From IMG/VR virus record IMGVR_UViG_3300042890_002891, positions 194,831 through 258,830 of that record: DNA of 64,000 bases. One strand, 5' to 3'. This DNA is from a virus (taxonomy: Duplodnaviria > Heunggongvirae > Uroviricota > Caudoviricetes). Under the pieces are notes generated by a model that saw only the letters and a program-made list of their open reading frames with translations, ran no database searches and had not been told where the DNA came from. How positions within the stretch are numbered: position 1 is the stretch's first letter; every line of letters begins with the position of its first letter. Both the position numbers and the translations under genes were made by a program. Below, piece after piece: positions 9,417 through 17,475 of this stretch.

Positions 9417-10961
9417 ATGAGAGATTTAATCAACGTACTTGACAGCATAATAACTGAGGTGACCATCAGTAAACCCAAATATGGACCTGGCACTCAATTT
9501 TCTGTTTCCACAGGGTCAGAAGCTGGAAAAAAGTTACTGACATTGTTGCAGCAACAAGGATTTGATGCTACTCCGCCATTGACCAGGCAAGACGACACAG
9601 AATTGAGCGAAAAAGATATCTTAAATCTCCCCACAGTTACATATGGAAAAGGCGGCGACGGTTATATTTTTTCCAATAATGCTGGACAGTCTGTTTTGAT
9701 TGTTGGCAGTTCTAGTACCATTGGGGCAGCGTTTAATGTGTATACTGGAGCCACTGCCGACGACGATGTTGGGAAAATTGCCAATCGCGGCGAAACAGCC
9801 GAAGGTATTCTGGGCGCTGCTATGTTTGCTAAATTCACCAAACGTGAATCTGACGAAGATATCGGCACAGTGACCGCTCAGGACATCGGCAATGTGCTTG
9901 ACAGTTTAAAGCAAACCGGTGAGGATCAATATCAAGTGGAAGTGGAAGATTTTGATAATGAACATGCGGATGTGATTTCGTTTGTGCTGAGACTTAAATC
10001 CGGGCCGTATCAGGATCTCATGGATCCTGCCAAGCGACCGCTGTTGGCCAGTGAATTCTCCAGTGCCGCTGCTTATGTCAACAGTTCGGACGCTGAACGA
10101 TACAGCAAGTATTTTTATATCAATGGCAGGTCAGATCAGATCGTGATCATGGCCGATGGCGTCACAGGTGAAACAGAACAAAAGACCGATGTGTGGGTGT
10201 TTGTCACTGATGAAAATGGCCAGCCACGTAAACTTAGACTCAATACCAGTCTCAAGGTAGGTGGTATTAAACAGTTTGGACAAGTGGGTGGCGACAGTGC
10301 AGAAACCCAACAGATCTTGTGGAATTATTTTGGTGTTGATGCAAGTTCTGCGTTGGCCAAATTTACCAAGGCAATGAAATCCAATTCACCAACAGCAACA
10401 AGAGATGCATTCAAACAAATATATCAATATGCTGCTACCGAACTAGACAACAAATTGAAAAACGCCAGACCTGAAGATGAAGCCAACATAATTGATGCCA
10501 TTGCCACTGGTATCACACACTTTGCTACACTGGGCGATCCCAATGTTGAACTGGTGGACTTCAGCGATGGTGGATTCAAGATTTTGAGATTCAACAAGCT
10601 GGTTGAAAAATTAAAGAATACAGATCTTGAAGCCACTTACGTTGATAAAAAAACTTGGCCAGAAGTGGTCATTCATGAACGCGATAACCCTAATAATAAA
10701 CTGCTGACCATCAGGATGAAAGTAGAGAACAAACCCAAGGGCGGTATCTATGTTCGCACTTACATTGAAAAGGGTCCGCTGTTGGAAAAACTCACCGAAT
10801 ACCGAAAAGCCAGTTGGGACAATGCTCCAGCTGCTACTGGTGCCGAAGATCTAGATGCAGTTACCGGCACACCAAGACTATCGGGTCCTGGTGCACGAGC
10901 AGCAAAGACAAATCGCGAACCCAGAATGGATCGTGCCACCCTAGGGCGCGAGCGTCGTTAA
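9417..10961 (+). CDS. acidic 514 aa hypothetical protein ending in LGRERR
   Basis: Start set at the first ATG after the divergent gene start (the ORF track opens at 9306). The C-terminal ...ATLGRERR is shared with 48717..49601. Confidence 0.55.
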   Translation: MRDLINVLDSIITEVTISKPKYGPGTQFSVSTGSEAGKKLLTLLQQQGFDATPPLTRQDDTELSEKDILNLPTVTYGKGGDGYIFSNNAGQSVLIVGSSSTIGAAFNVYTGATADDDVGKIANRGETAEGILGAAMFAKFTKRESDEDIGTVTAQDIGNVLDSLKQTGEDQYQVEVEDFDNEHADVISFVLRLKSGPYQDLMDPAKRPLLASEFSSAAAYVNSSDAERYSKYFYINGRSDQIVIMADGVTGETEQKTDVWVFVTDENGQPRKLRLNTSLKVGGIKQFGQVGGDSAETQQILWNYFGVDASSALAKFTKAMKSNSPTATRDAFKQIYQYAATELDNKLKNARPEDEANIIDAIATGITHFATLGDPNVELVDFSDGGFKILRFNKLVEKLKNTDLEATYVDKKTWPEVVIHERDNPNNKLLTIRMKVENKPKGGIYVRTYIEKGPLLEKLTEYRKASWDNAPAATGAEDLDAVTGTPRLSGPGARAAKTNREPRMDRATLGRERR

Positions 10962-11530
10962 CGTCCCAGTGTGGATATTGCATCGCAGATGTGCAGTTCC
11001 AGAGCCTGAGTAGCATCAAGCCAAACATCATGTGGTGGCAACAGCTTGGCCCGAACAGTTTCATCATCAAGCCCGGTACAGTCCCGGTAGTGCTGTATCA
11101 TGCGCTTTTGTGTAAGCTCAAATTCACGCATGGTAGCAAACAATTCATGCACCTTGCCATCGCTGCCCCAGCTGAACTGGTGACTCAGGATACTGGTGTT
11201 GGGAGTAAGGATTCTACGTCCCGGGGAACCTGCTAGAAATATCAAGAGTCCTGCACTGGCAATCTGTCCCAGTCCCACTGTTTTGACCGCAATAGCACTG
11301 CTGCGCATGACATCAATTAGTGCAAAGGCAGCACTCATGTCTCCACCTTCTGAGCAGATCATCAGCAGGAGTTCTTTGCGCTTTTTCTTGACCACATAGT
11401 TTTCATGCAGAATCCACTCTATCACTGGTTTGATACTGTCATGGTCTATTTCACCCATGAGTACCAGCATGCCTGAGTCGGCCAGCCGTTGGGTGTGTGA
11501 TTGATCTAGATTTTCAGTTTCTGTGGCCAT
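10958..11530 (-). CDS. second ClpP-like protease subunit (ClpP2)
   Basis: 190 aa; GQIASAG (Ser), ILSHQFS (His) and PPHDVWLDA (Asp) align with the clpP triad; divergent from ClpP1. Confidence 0.65.
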   Translation of the reverse strand: MATETENLDQSHTQRLADSGMLVLMGEIDHDSIKPVIEWILHENYVVKKKRKELLLMICSEGGDMSAAFALIDVMRSSAIAVKTVGLGQIASAGLLIFLAGSPGRRILTPNTSILSHQFSWGSDGKVHELFATMREFELTQKRMIQHYRDCTGLDDETVRAKLLPPHDVWLDATQALELHICDAISTLGR

Positions 11531-11544
11531 AAATTTGTAGTGGA

Positions 11545-11570
11545 AAAAGCAGCCCGAGTGGACTGCTTTT
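11545..11570 (-). terminator. rho-independent terminator after 11594..12166
   Basis: AAAAGCAG-10 nt loop-CTGCTTTT followed by a T-tract. Confidence 0.45.
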
Positions 11571-11593
11571 ATTTATGCGTATATTATCGCAGA

Positions 11594-12166
11594 TTATTGC
11601 TTTTGTGTTACAGTGTCCAGTTCTTCAAACGCTTGTTGGCTACGACCCTGGGCTTGTGCTTGCAGTCGTATCTGATCCTGACGTTTTTTCAGCACATTGG
11701 CATCACCTGTTGGCAGGGCCACCAGCACATAGCTACGGAATCTGGTGCCATCAGCAACTCGCTTGATTTCTTTGGTTTCGACCCCGGTAATATCCACGCC
11801 TGGGCACATGCCGCGAATGGCAATTTCACTGGTTTCGTGGCTGGCTTCAGATGTGTCCATCATAAAAATCTTGGATTGCTGACTGACTTTTCCGCCTGCT
11901 GCCATGCAAATCTTGCCATACGCAAACAGCTTGGCCTTGTAGTCTGCCATGCTCATGTCTGTGCTGACTGCACTGCCATTGGCATACACTGCACTGTTAC
12001 TCACAGGCAGTTCAGTCATCCATTTAGGTGCTCGATCAATAGCAGATGTCACTGCTTTTTCTTGTCGCTGACGTTCTTCATAGGCACGCCGTTCGTACTG
12101 TTCTTTGGGGGTTGAGCCACATGCGGCCAACAAGGCCACAGTAACCAATGCAATAAAATATTTCAT
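11594..12166 (-). CDS. lipoprotein (190 aa)
   Basis: Signal peptide plus lipobox LLAAC-GS; hydrophilic mature region. Confidence 0.55.
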   Translation of the reverse strand: MKYFIALVTVALLAACGSTPKEQYERRAYEERQRQEKAVTSAIDRAPKWMTELPVSNSAVYANGSAVSTDMSMADYKAKLFAYGKICMAAGGKVSQQSKIFMMDTSEASHETSEIAIRGMCPGVDITGVETKEIKRVADGTRFRSYVLVALPTGDANVLKKRQDQIRLQAQAQGRSQQAFEELDTVTQKQ

Positions 12167-12174
12167 ATTGATCC

Positions 12175-12297
12175 TTATTTAGATTTAATCCACTCGCCGG
12201 CCTTGCCAAGATCAGCCCCAGCTCCACTTACTGCTCCACCCACTGTGCCGCAGGCACAAAGAACCAGAGCAACCATGCATGTCAAAATGTATTTCAT
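12175..12297 (-). CDS. small lipoprotein, entericidin-like (40 aa)
   Basis: Not in the ORF track (<60 aa). MKYILTCMVALVLCACGTVGGAVSGAGADLGKAGEWIKSK: lipobox then a Gly/Ala/Ser-rich amphipathic tail, as in EcnA/EcnB. RBS AGGATTTTGT. Confidence 0.35.
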   Translation of the reverse strand: MKYILTCMVALVLCACGTVGGAVSGAGADLGKAGEWIKSK

Positions 12298-12363
12298 ACA
12301 AAATCCTAAAAAGTTATTGATACGTAACTATAACACAAGATTGAATTTAGGTCAAGTCTGATT

Positions 12364-12927
12364 CTAAAATTTGTCAATCACTACCCATTTTGAGTCATGG
12401 ATTTTACAAATAATACCTTGCCATGTACGCACATCACGCACGATATATCCTGTGTCCAGGAACCAACGACACTGGGTTCCGTTGTGCCAGAATTCAGTGG
12501 CATAGTCTGGGTGTGGTCTGAATTGTGCCAGTTCTCCGGTGACACCTGGATTCACTTGTCGCAGAGTATTTAGAGTAGGATCATCCCGGCAAATCAAAAC
12601 CTTTTCCGAAATTACTCTGCTGGAACTCACTTGTTCTCTTACTGAATCATCGGCTCGACGTGTGGCTGCTGCACAGGCTTGATCTCTTGGTGTGTCTCCA
12701 GACCAGGCATATTCACCAAATGCGGTGTACCAGATGGCACCAACTCTGGCCTGAAAGTTTACCAGACATCTTTTGCCACCTGTGGGTTCGGGCACAACTG
12801 TGGCCGTGATCTTGGTGCGTTCTGCCACAGTCACGGCACTGTGTAAAACTGTTTTGTCTTGCAGCACACACTGGTCGGCTTGTGCTGCTGCTGTGACCAG
12901 CGCCAGGCCATATATTATGGTTTTCAT
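12364..12927 (-). CDS. secreted protein (187 aa)
   Basis: Start MKTIIYGLALVTAAAQA (signal peptide) overlaps the upstream stop as ATGA; several Cys in the mature part. Confidence 0.5.
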   Translation of the reverse strand: MKTIIYGLALVTAAAQADQCVLQDKTVLHSAVTVAERTKITATVVPEPTGGKRCLVNFQARVGAIWYTAFGEYAWSGDTPRDQACAAATRRADDSVREQVSSSRVISEKVLICRDDPTLNTLRQVNPGVTGELAQFRPHPDYATEFWHNGTQCRWFLDTGYIVRDVRTWQGIICKIHDSKWVVIDKF

Positions 12928-13259
12928 GGACATTGTGCTAACTCCATGAGTTTCTGATTCAGCAGCCAATCTGTACGACTTGACCCACGTGATATATTTT
13001 CATTGTACTGACCTGGGTTGGTAATTATCAACCAGGGTTGTAGTGCATTGCTGGCCCGTGCAAACAGTCTGTCATCTCTGGTGCTGCGCATACTTTGCAA
13101 CATGGCAATCTGTTGTGCCTTTTGGGAACATGTGATCTGAAAATAATCCAGGTCATATGCGGCCATGGGCTGCTGTGAGTTTGAAGCACATCCGCTACAC
13201 AGGATTGCAAGTGTAACGAAGATGCCAAATACGTGCTTTGATTTGAGCGACTTGTTCAT
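12924..13259 (-). CDS. membrane/secreted protein (111 aa)
   Basis: N-terminal hydrophobic segment VFGIFVTLAILCSGCAS; overlaps the next gene by 65 nt in another frame. Confidence 0.45.
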   Translation of the reverse strand: MNKSLKSKHVFGIFVTLAILCSGCASNSQQPMAAYDLDYFQITCSQKAQQIAMLQSMRSTRDDRLFARASNALQPWLIITNPGQYNENISRGSSRTDWLLNQKLMELAQCP

Positions 13260-13419
13260 TCCATTCTCCTCGGCTTTGATTTTCTAACCAGCGCACAATA
13301 CGCTGTTGATTGGCACAATCATTGGGTATCAGACTCACATCCACAGGAGGTGATCTTTGCACAATGGACATGCAGCCACTTAGAACCAGAGCTGCTATGG
13401 GTATCAAGAGTTTTTTCAT
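13195..13419 (-). CDS. small lipoprotein (74 aa)
   Basis: MKKLLIPIAALVLSGC is a canonical lipobox; Pro-containing mature region. Confidence 0.4.
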   Translation of the reverse strand: MKKLLIPIAALVLSGCMSIVQRSPPVDVSLIPNDCANQQRIVRWLENQSRGEWNEQVAQIKARIWHLRYTCNPV

Positions 13420-13754
13420 GGGCTCCACCGTAGTAAAAACATCACAAGGTCTTGGTCAGTTGCAAGTTCAACAGTGGCTCCTTCAAGGATAGCATTGTTG
13501 CGCTCACACCAGGCAACCAGTTCAGCATCATGCTCAACCCAGTACGCAAAGTCACTGAGTATGACCAGCCTGTGGCCAAAGCCCAGTTCTGACGGTGCCA
13601 CAGCAAAGCGGCGCCCTGCACCTAGATCTTGATTGAGGTCTTGTTCAGCGATCAAGATCTTGTCCCGGATGTTTGGCACGGCGCTGATATTGCACACGGC
13701 TTTTTTCTGTTCGGCTACGAAACGGCGTGTCGCGACTATACAGTTCCACAGCAC
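13416..13754 (-). CDS. hypothetical protein (112 aa)
   Basis: ORF immediately downstream of the promoter/operator at 13813..13859. Confidence 0.4.
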   Translation of the reverse strand: MLWNCIVATRRFVAEQKKAVCNISAVPNIRDKILIAEQDLNQDLGAGRRFAVAPSELGFGHRLVILSDFAYWVEHDAELVAWCERNNAILEGATVELATDQDLVMFLLRWSP

Positions 13755-13812
13755 GTCTGCGCTGTCTAGGCAACTGTATCACAAAAGATAAAGGTTTCAT
13801 AAGTTCAAAAGA

Positions 13813-13850
13813 AATCCGGTTAGTGCTGTTATTATAACACTAACCGGATT
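13813..13850. promoter_or_regulatory. candidate operator: perfect 13 bp inverted repeat AATCCGGTTAGTG-N12-CACTAACCGGATT bracketing the -10 hexamer
   Basis: Read directly from the sequence; one half-site lies in the promoter spacer and the other spans the predicted transcription start. Confidence 0.5.
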
Positions 13851-13859
13851 ATTGGTCAA
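13831..13859 (-). promoter_or_regulatory. consensus sigma70 promoter TTGACC-17-TATAAT (family member) overlapped by a 13 bp palindrome
   Basis: Minus strand reads GTTGACCAATAATCCGGTTAGTGTTATAATAACAG. Confidence 0.55.
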
Positions 13860-13875
13860 CTCTGCTGTGACCTGT

Positions 13876-14067
13876 TTAGAGCATGCCTCTTTTCATGAGC
13901 ACTTTTATTCTACGTTCAACGTCGGCATGATCAATTGATTGTGCCAGATACGTGTTGATTTCGTCCCGGTAAGGGTCAGTGAACGTGCGCTTTACCCAGA
14001 TCCAAAACTCAGACAGCCCTGTAGGCTGCTGGTCTTGTGCAGTCGATACACTGGCGTCTAGCAGCAT
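13876..14067 (-). CDS. hypothetical protein (63 aa)
   Basis: ORF; its start codon directly abuts the upstream stop (TAAATG). Confidence 0.4.
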   Translation of the reverse strand: MLLDASVSTAQDQQPTGLSEFWIWVKRTFTDPYRDEINTYLAQSIDHADVERRIKVLMKRGML

Positions 14068-14352
14068 TTAGGCTCCTTTGGCAGGCTTTTGTGTGGTCTG
14101 GTAGGCCTTCATGATACCTTCACCAAACTTGCTGTAGTCAAATTTGGTAGCTTGTTGCATGGTCTTGACCATTTCGCTGGCCAACACTGCGGCAGTGTCT
14201 TGACCAACCTTGACTGCTTTTTTGGTGTATTCAGCTTGAGTGTCAACAAAGTTGACCATGGCTTCTTTCACAGCTTCGTTTGTGACGAATGTGTTGACGA
14301 AAGTTTTTTTACCGTTTTGTACGGCGTCGATGATTGCTTCTGATGTAAACAT
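14068..14352 (-). CDS. hypothetical alpha-helical protein, phasin-like composition (94 aa)
   Basis: Start chosen at the second ATG with RBS TAAAGGAAAAATT; A/K/E/T/Q-rich helical sequence. Confidence 0.45.
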   Translation of the reverse strand: MFTSEAIIDAVQNGKKTFVNTFVTNEAVKEAMVNFVDTQAEYTKKAVKVGQDTAAVLASEMVKTMQQATKFDYSKFGEGIMKAYQTTQKPAKGA

Positions 14353-14411
14353 AATTTTTCCTTTAGACAAAATTTACTAGCCGGACCCGCCCTATGCAGC
14401 ATCCTAGCATG

Positions 14412-14450
14412 CTATTATATATGACAAATTGCTGCAGGGCAACATTTTAC
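14412..14450 (-). promoter_or_regulatory. possible promoter TTGCCC-17-TATAAT for 14068..14352
   Basis: Minus strand reads GTTGCCCTGCAGCAATTTGTCATATATAATAGC. Confidence 0.3.
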
Positions 14451-14482
14451 GGCGGTATTATGCCAATTTGGGTAAATAAAGT

Positions 14483-14914
14483 ATGACATTAAACAATGCC
14501 CTTCCTGAAATTCAACACTGTGCATTGCCCGAATGTAATAAACCTTTTTCTAATTGGCGGCGTAACTGCTGCTGTACAAGTCATCAGGCTAGGTATTCTG
14601 CAAAAATGAGATGGGGGACACTTAATGAGCCCGACCGATCAAAAGAAGAAATTGTTGCATACCATCGCCAATGGTCAATTGAAAAACAAAAAAGAACTAA
14701 AAACGCTATGCCAGCTTGGGCAAATAAAACAGCAATTCGATCAATATATGAAGAAGCGGCAGGATTAACTATTTCAACTGGTGTAAAACACGAAGTTGAT
14801 CACATTGTGCCATTGACTAATAAATTAGTGTGCGGACTGCATGTAGAACATAATTTACGAGTAACAACTTTTACTGAAAATCGACAAAAATCAAATAAGT
14901 TTGTTATACAATGA
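14483..14914 (+). CDS. HNH homing endonuclease
   Basis: HEVDHIVPL...CGLHVEHNLRVTTFTENRQKSN HNH motif plus an N-terminal Cys cluster; one of the few plus-strand genes. Confidence 0.75.
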   Translation: MTLNNALPEIQHCALPECNKPFSNWRRNCCCTSHQARYSAKMRWGTLNEPDRSKEEIVAYHRQWSIEKQKRTKNAMPAWANKTAIRSIYEEAAGLTISTGVKHEVDHIVPLTNKLVCGLHVEHNLRVTTFTENRQKSNKFVIQ

Positions 14915-14943
14915 ACGTTGGTAAATATTTCATAGGAGAACTT

Positions 14944-15147
14944 ATGTTTACAAAAATCAAACAATTCTTTCTGGGCAAACCTGCTCCAGAAGCCCAGGCA
15001 CCGTACAAGATAGAAGCACCATGGACACACGCCGAAGTTGCACCAGTCACTGCGCCAATAGTTGCTGAACCAGCGGCTGCAAAGAAAGCTGCTCCCAAGC
15101 CCAAAAAGCCAGCTGCAAAAAAGCCTGCTGCCAAAAAGCCAGTCTAA
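14944..15147 (+). CDS. small histone H1-like protein with KPAAKK repeats (68 aa)
   Basis: Start at the ATG after AGGAGAACTT; C-terminal AAKKAAPKPKKPAAKKPAAKKPV. Confidence 0.5.
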   Translation: MFTKIKQFFLGKPAPEAQAPYKIEAPWTHAEVAPVTAPIVAEPAAAKKAAPKPKKPAAKKPAAKKPV

Positions 15148-15164
15148 TTATCAACTGAACTTTT

Positions 15165-15186
15165 GATAACCCCGCAAGGGGTTATC
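15165..15186. terminator. stem-loop GATAACCCC-GCAA-GGGGTTATC between convergent genes (no clear U-tract)
   Basis: Perfect 9 bp stem with a GCAA tetraloop. Confidence 0.4.
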
Positions 15187-16083
15187 TCACGATTGTACCG
15201 TGGGTGTGTTGATCTTGTCCCACTTGTCCACCATGGCATTTTTGAGTGCAACAGTGGTTGGGAATTTGTTCTTACGCATGTAGTTGTTGATCTTGACTGC
15301 TGTGGGATAGTCTGAACTGTTGGGCTTGCGAGCATTGCCCATGTCCACTCCCAGTCCGCTATCCTCATCAGGATATCTTGATCCATAGTACACCAGATCA
15401 TGTCGTAGTTTTTCTGCACGTGGAGACAATTCTGACTTGTTGTTTTTGTAGATCAGTTCCAGCCACGGTTCCAGATACATAGTTGGTGGCCTGCTGGGTG
15501 TAACACCCCTGGGTTGTGCGCCCTTGAGTACGGCCGCTGCTGAGGCTGGGCTCACCGTCTTGCGTGTGTCTTGCAGACGCCAGGCAGTTTCGTCTGTGTA
15601 AAAATACGCAGGGATACCACGCTTCTTTGCAGCAATCAACACTGTTCTGGCTTCAGGGCTGCGATATTCACTTTGTTCTTTCAGCAGCACATGTACCGCT
15701 GTCACACCTTCAATTGAGATTTCGGGCTCACGACTAAACACACGGTCTTCGCTTTCGCGACTTCTAGCACCGTCGCTGTGCAACCACGCACGTTCCCAGT
15801 AGTCCATAGGTCGAGTCTTGTAGTTGCGATTCAACCAGGTGCCGTCGATCACAAACATCACACCGCCTGTGCCAACATATCTATGATAGTCGCCCACTCG
15901 ACTGCGTGTGGTACTTAAAAAATAAAGATATCCCGGGGGAGCATACATTTCTTCACTCTTGTTGCCGGTCACGCTGCTGAGTTGAAATACACCGCTGGTG
16001 AGTATTTTGGCTGCTGCACCTATACCTGCATAATGGTACACCACTGCGGTGGCTGCTTCTGCTAGGAATTCTTGTGCTCTCAT
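15187..16083 (-). CDS. putative capsid-targeted internal protein (298 aa) with T4 CTS-like N-terminus MRAQEFLAEA
   Basis: The N-terminal decapeptide resembles the T4 IP capsid targeting sequence MKTYQEFIAEA, including an LxE cleavage context; the rest is novel. Confidence 0.5.
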   Translation of the reverse strand: MRAQEFLAEAATAVVYHYAGIGAAAKILTSGVFQLSSVTGNKSEEMYAPPGYLYFLSTTRSRVGDYHRYVGTGGVMFVIDGTWLNRNYKTRPMDYWERAWLHSDGARSRESEDRVFSREPEISIEGVTAVHVLLKEQSEYRSPEARTVLIAAKKRGIPAYFYTDETAWRLQDTRKTVSPASAAAVLKGAQPRGVTPSRPPTMYLEPWLELIYKNNKSELSPRAEKLRHDLVYYGSRYPDEDSGLGVDMGNARKPNSSDYPTAVKINNYMRKNKFPTTVALKNAMVDKWDKINTPTVQS

Positions 16084-16724
16084 GTGTACACCAAACTGTC
16101 TATGCGTTTGTAACGAATATTAAACGCATTCATCAACAATTCAACTTCTCGTAAACATTGATCTCTAGCACCGCCTACCAGGTAAGCACCACTAAATCGT
16201 TTTAATTGTGCCACACTAGTCCAGTTTACTGTCAGAGGTTCATCATTTAATTCTTCCATAGCACCCTGGATCAAGGACTGCTGTGGCGTGCGTTTGTTGA
16301 ATGGAGGAAACTGCAATTCTCTGCTGTCGCTTTTGTGTTGTTGATATAACTCACGTATGGTAGCAATAATAGTAGCCGGTTCTATACCAGCATCCATCCA
16401 TCCACGGAAGTATCCATAGCCTTTGTCCACTATTTGAAAGCGGCTCCAGTTAATGGGATTAACATCAGGGTTGTTGTCGTACCAGTCTGGATCAATGGTA
16501 TCTTCCCAGTATGTTTGAATCGCAGCCACAGTATCACCACTGAGTCCTTGATCTTCTGCATTGACAAACATCAACACAGGGCCAGTTTGCTTGTTGACAA
16601 AGTTTATAATTTGCGGAAAAACAGCACTTTCATCCCCATCATGCATGCCTGAATACTCGGGTTGCACATCCACTACAATAACTGGATGTGCGGTACCTTC
16701 ATTAAGAAATTCGTTTGCTCTCAT
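16080..16724 (-). CDS. putative capsid-targeted internal protein (214 aa) with N-terminus MRANEFLNEG
   Basis: Start at the ATG (the ORF track upstream start is TTG); shares the first 9 residues with the adjacent gene; ATGA overlap with the downstream gene. Confidence 0.5.
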   Translation of the reverse strand: MRANEFLNEGTAHPVIVVDVQPEYSGMHDGDESAVFPQIINFVNKQTGPVLMFVNAEDQGLSGDTVAAIQTYWEDTIDPDWYDNNPDVNPINWSRFQIVDKGYGYFRGWMDAGIEPATIIATIRELYQQHKSDSRELQFPPFNKRTPQQSLIQGAMEELNDEPLTVNWTSVAQLKRFSGAYLVGGARDQCLREVELLMNAFNIRYKRIDSLVYT

Positions 16725-16764
16725 AGAGCTATTTAGCTGCAAAATCGCTAAACAATACTCAATT

Positions 16765-17475
16765 TCAACTCCAGTACTTGCTGTTGTCTAGGCTGTCCCA
16801 GTATTGTTTGTTGTTGCGATTCACAAAGTTTTTCACAAGGTACTTGGCCATGCCCATGTAGCCCATCTTTTTGAATCTACGACTATCCTGTCCAAGGTGG
16901 TGTCGGATGATTCTAAACTTTCGAGGGCTGTATTTTCTGGACAAAAAGTAATCTTCGCTGGTGGAAAAGTTTTCAGGGAAACCGCCATATTCTTCAAACC
17001 GATCTCTACGTGTGAGCATGAACGCTCCAACTGCAAAAGGAGAGAAATATTTCAGCGCATGATTTATGGTGTTGAACACAACAAATCCTGCTTTTGCTCT
17101 AAGGTCTTGATCATAACACTTGATGTTCAGACCCACAAGATCCAGGTTCATAGATTCAATTTTATCCACAGCATCACGGATCACATCGTATTTGAAAAAA
17201 CGCACATCAGCATCAATGAACAAGATGTATGGGGTAGTGGCTAGTCGTGCTCCGTTGTTCTTGGCCATAGACACAGGACCGCCGTCGATTATTTCAACAT
17301 TCAATTCCCAACTGTTGTCCTGTATAACTTGTCTAGTTGTATCAGTTGAACAGTCAGCAATGATAACTCTAGTATCACCTATGTTCTGTGCTCGCAAAGC
17401 ATCTAGCAAATGATGAATATATGCCTCTTCATTCTTGCAAGGCACTACTATAGTGATTTTGTCACTGATTTTCAT
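16765..17475 (-). CDS. family 2 glycosyltransferase (GT-A fold)
   Basis: IVVPCKNEE N-terminal Rossmann-like start and a DAD (DxD) motif. Confidence 0.7.
   Translation of the reverse strand: MKISDKITIVVPCKNEEAYIHHLLDALRAQNIGDTRVIIADCSTDTTRQVIQDNSWELNVEIIDGGPVSMAKNNGARLATTPYILFIDADVRFFKYDVIRDAVDKIESMNLDLVGLNIKCYDQDLRAKAGFVVFNTINHALKYFSPFAVGAFMLTRRDRFEEYGGFPENFSTSEDYFLSRKYSPRKFRIIRHHLGQDSRRFKKMGYMGMAKYLVKNFVNRNNKQYWDSLDNSKYWS

Noticed and set aside
12924-13428. Classical Rz/Rz1 spanin pair
   Set aside because: The order is reversed: the lipoprotein is upstream and the TM protein downstream, where the classical pair has Rz1 embedded in the 3-prime end of Rz. No endolysin or holin was found adjacent. 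It is kept only as a low-confidence possibility inside the lipoprotein-cluster finding.
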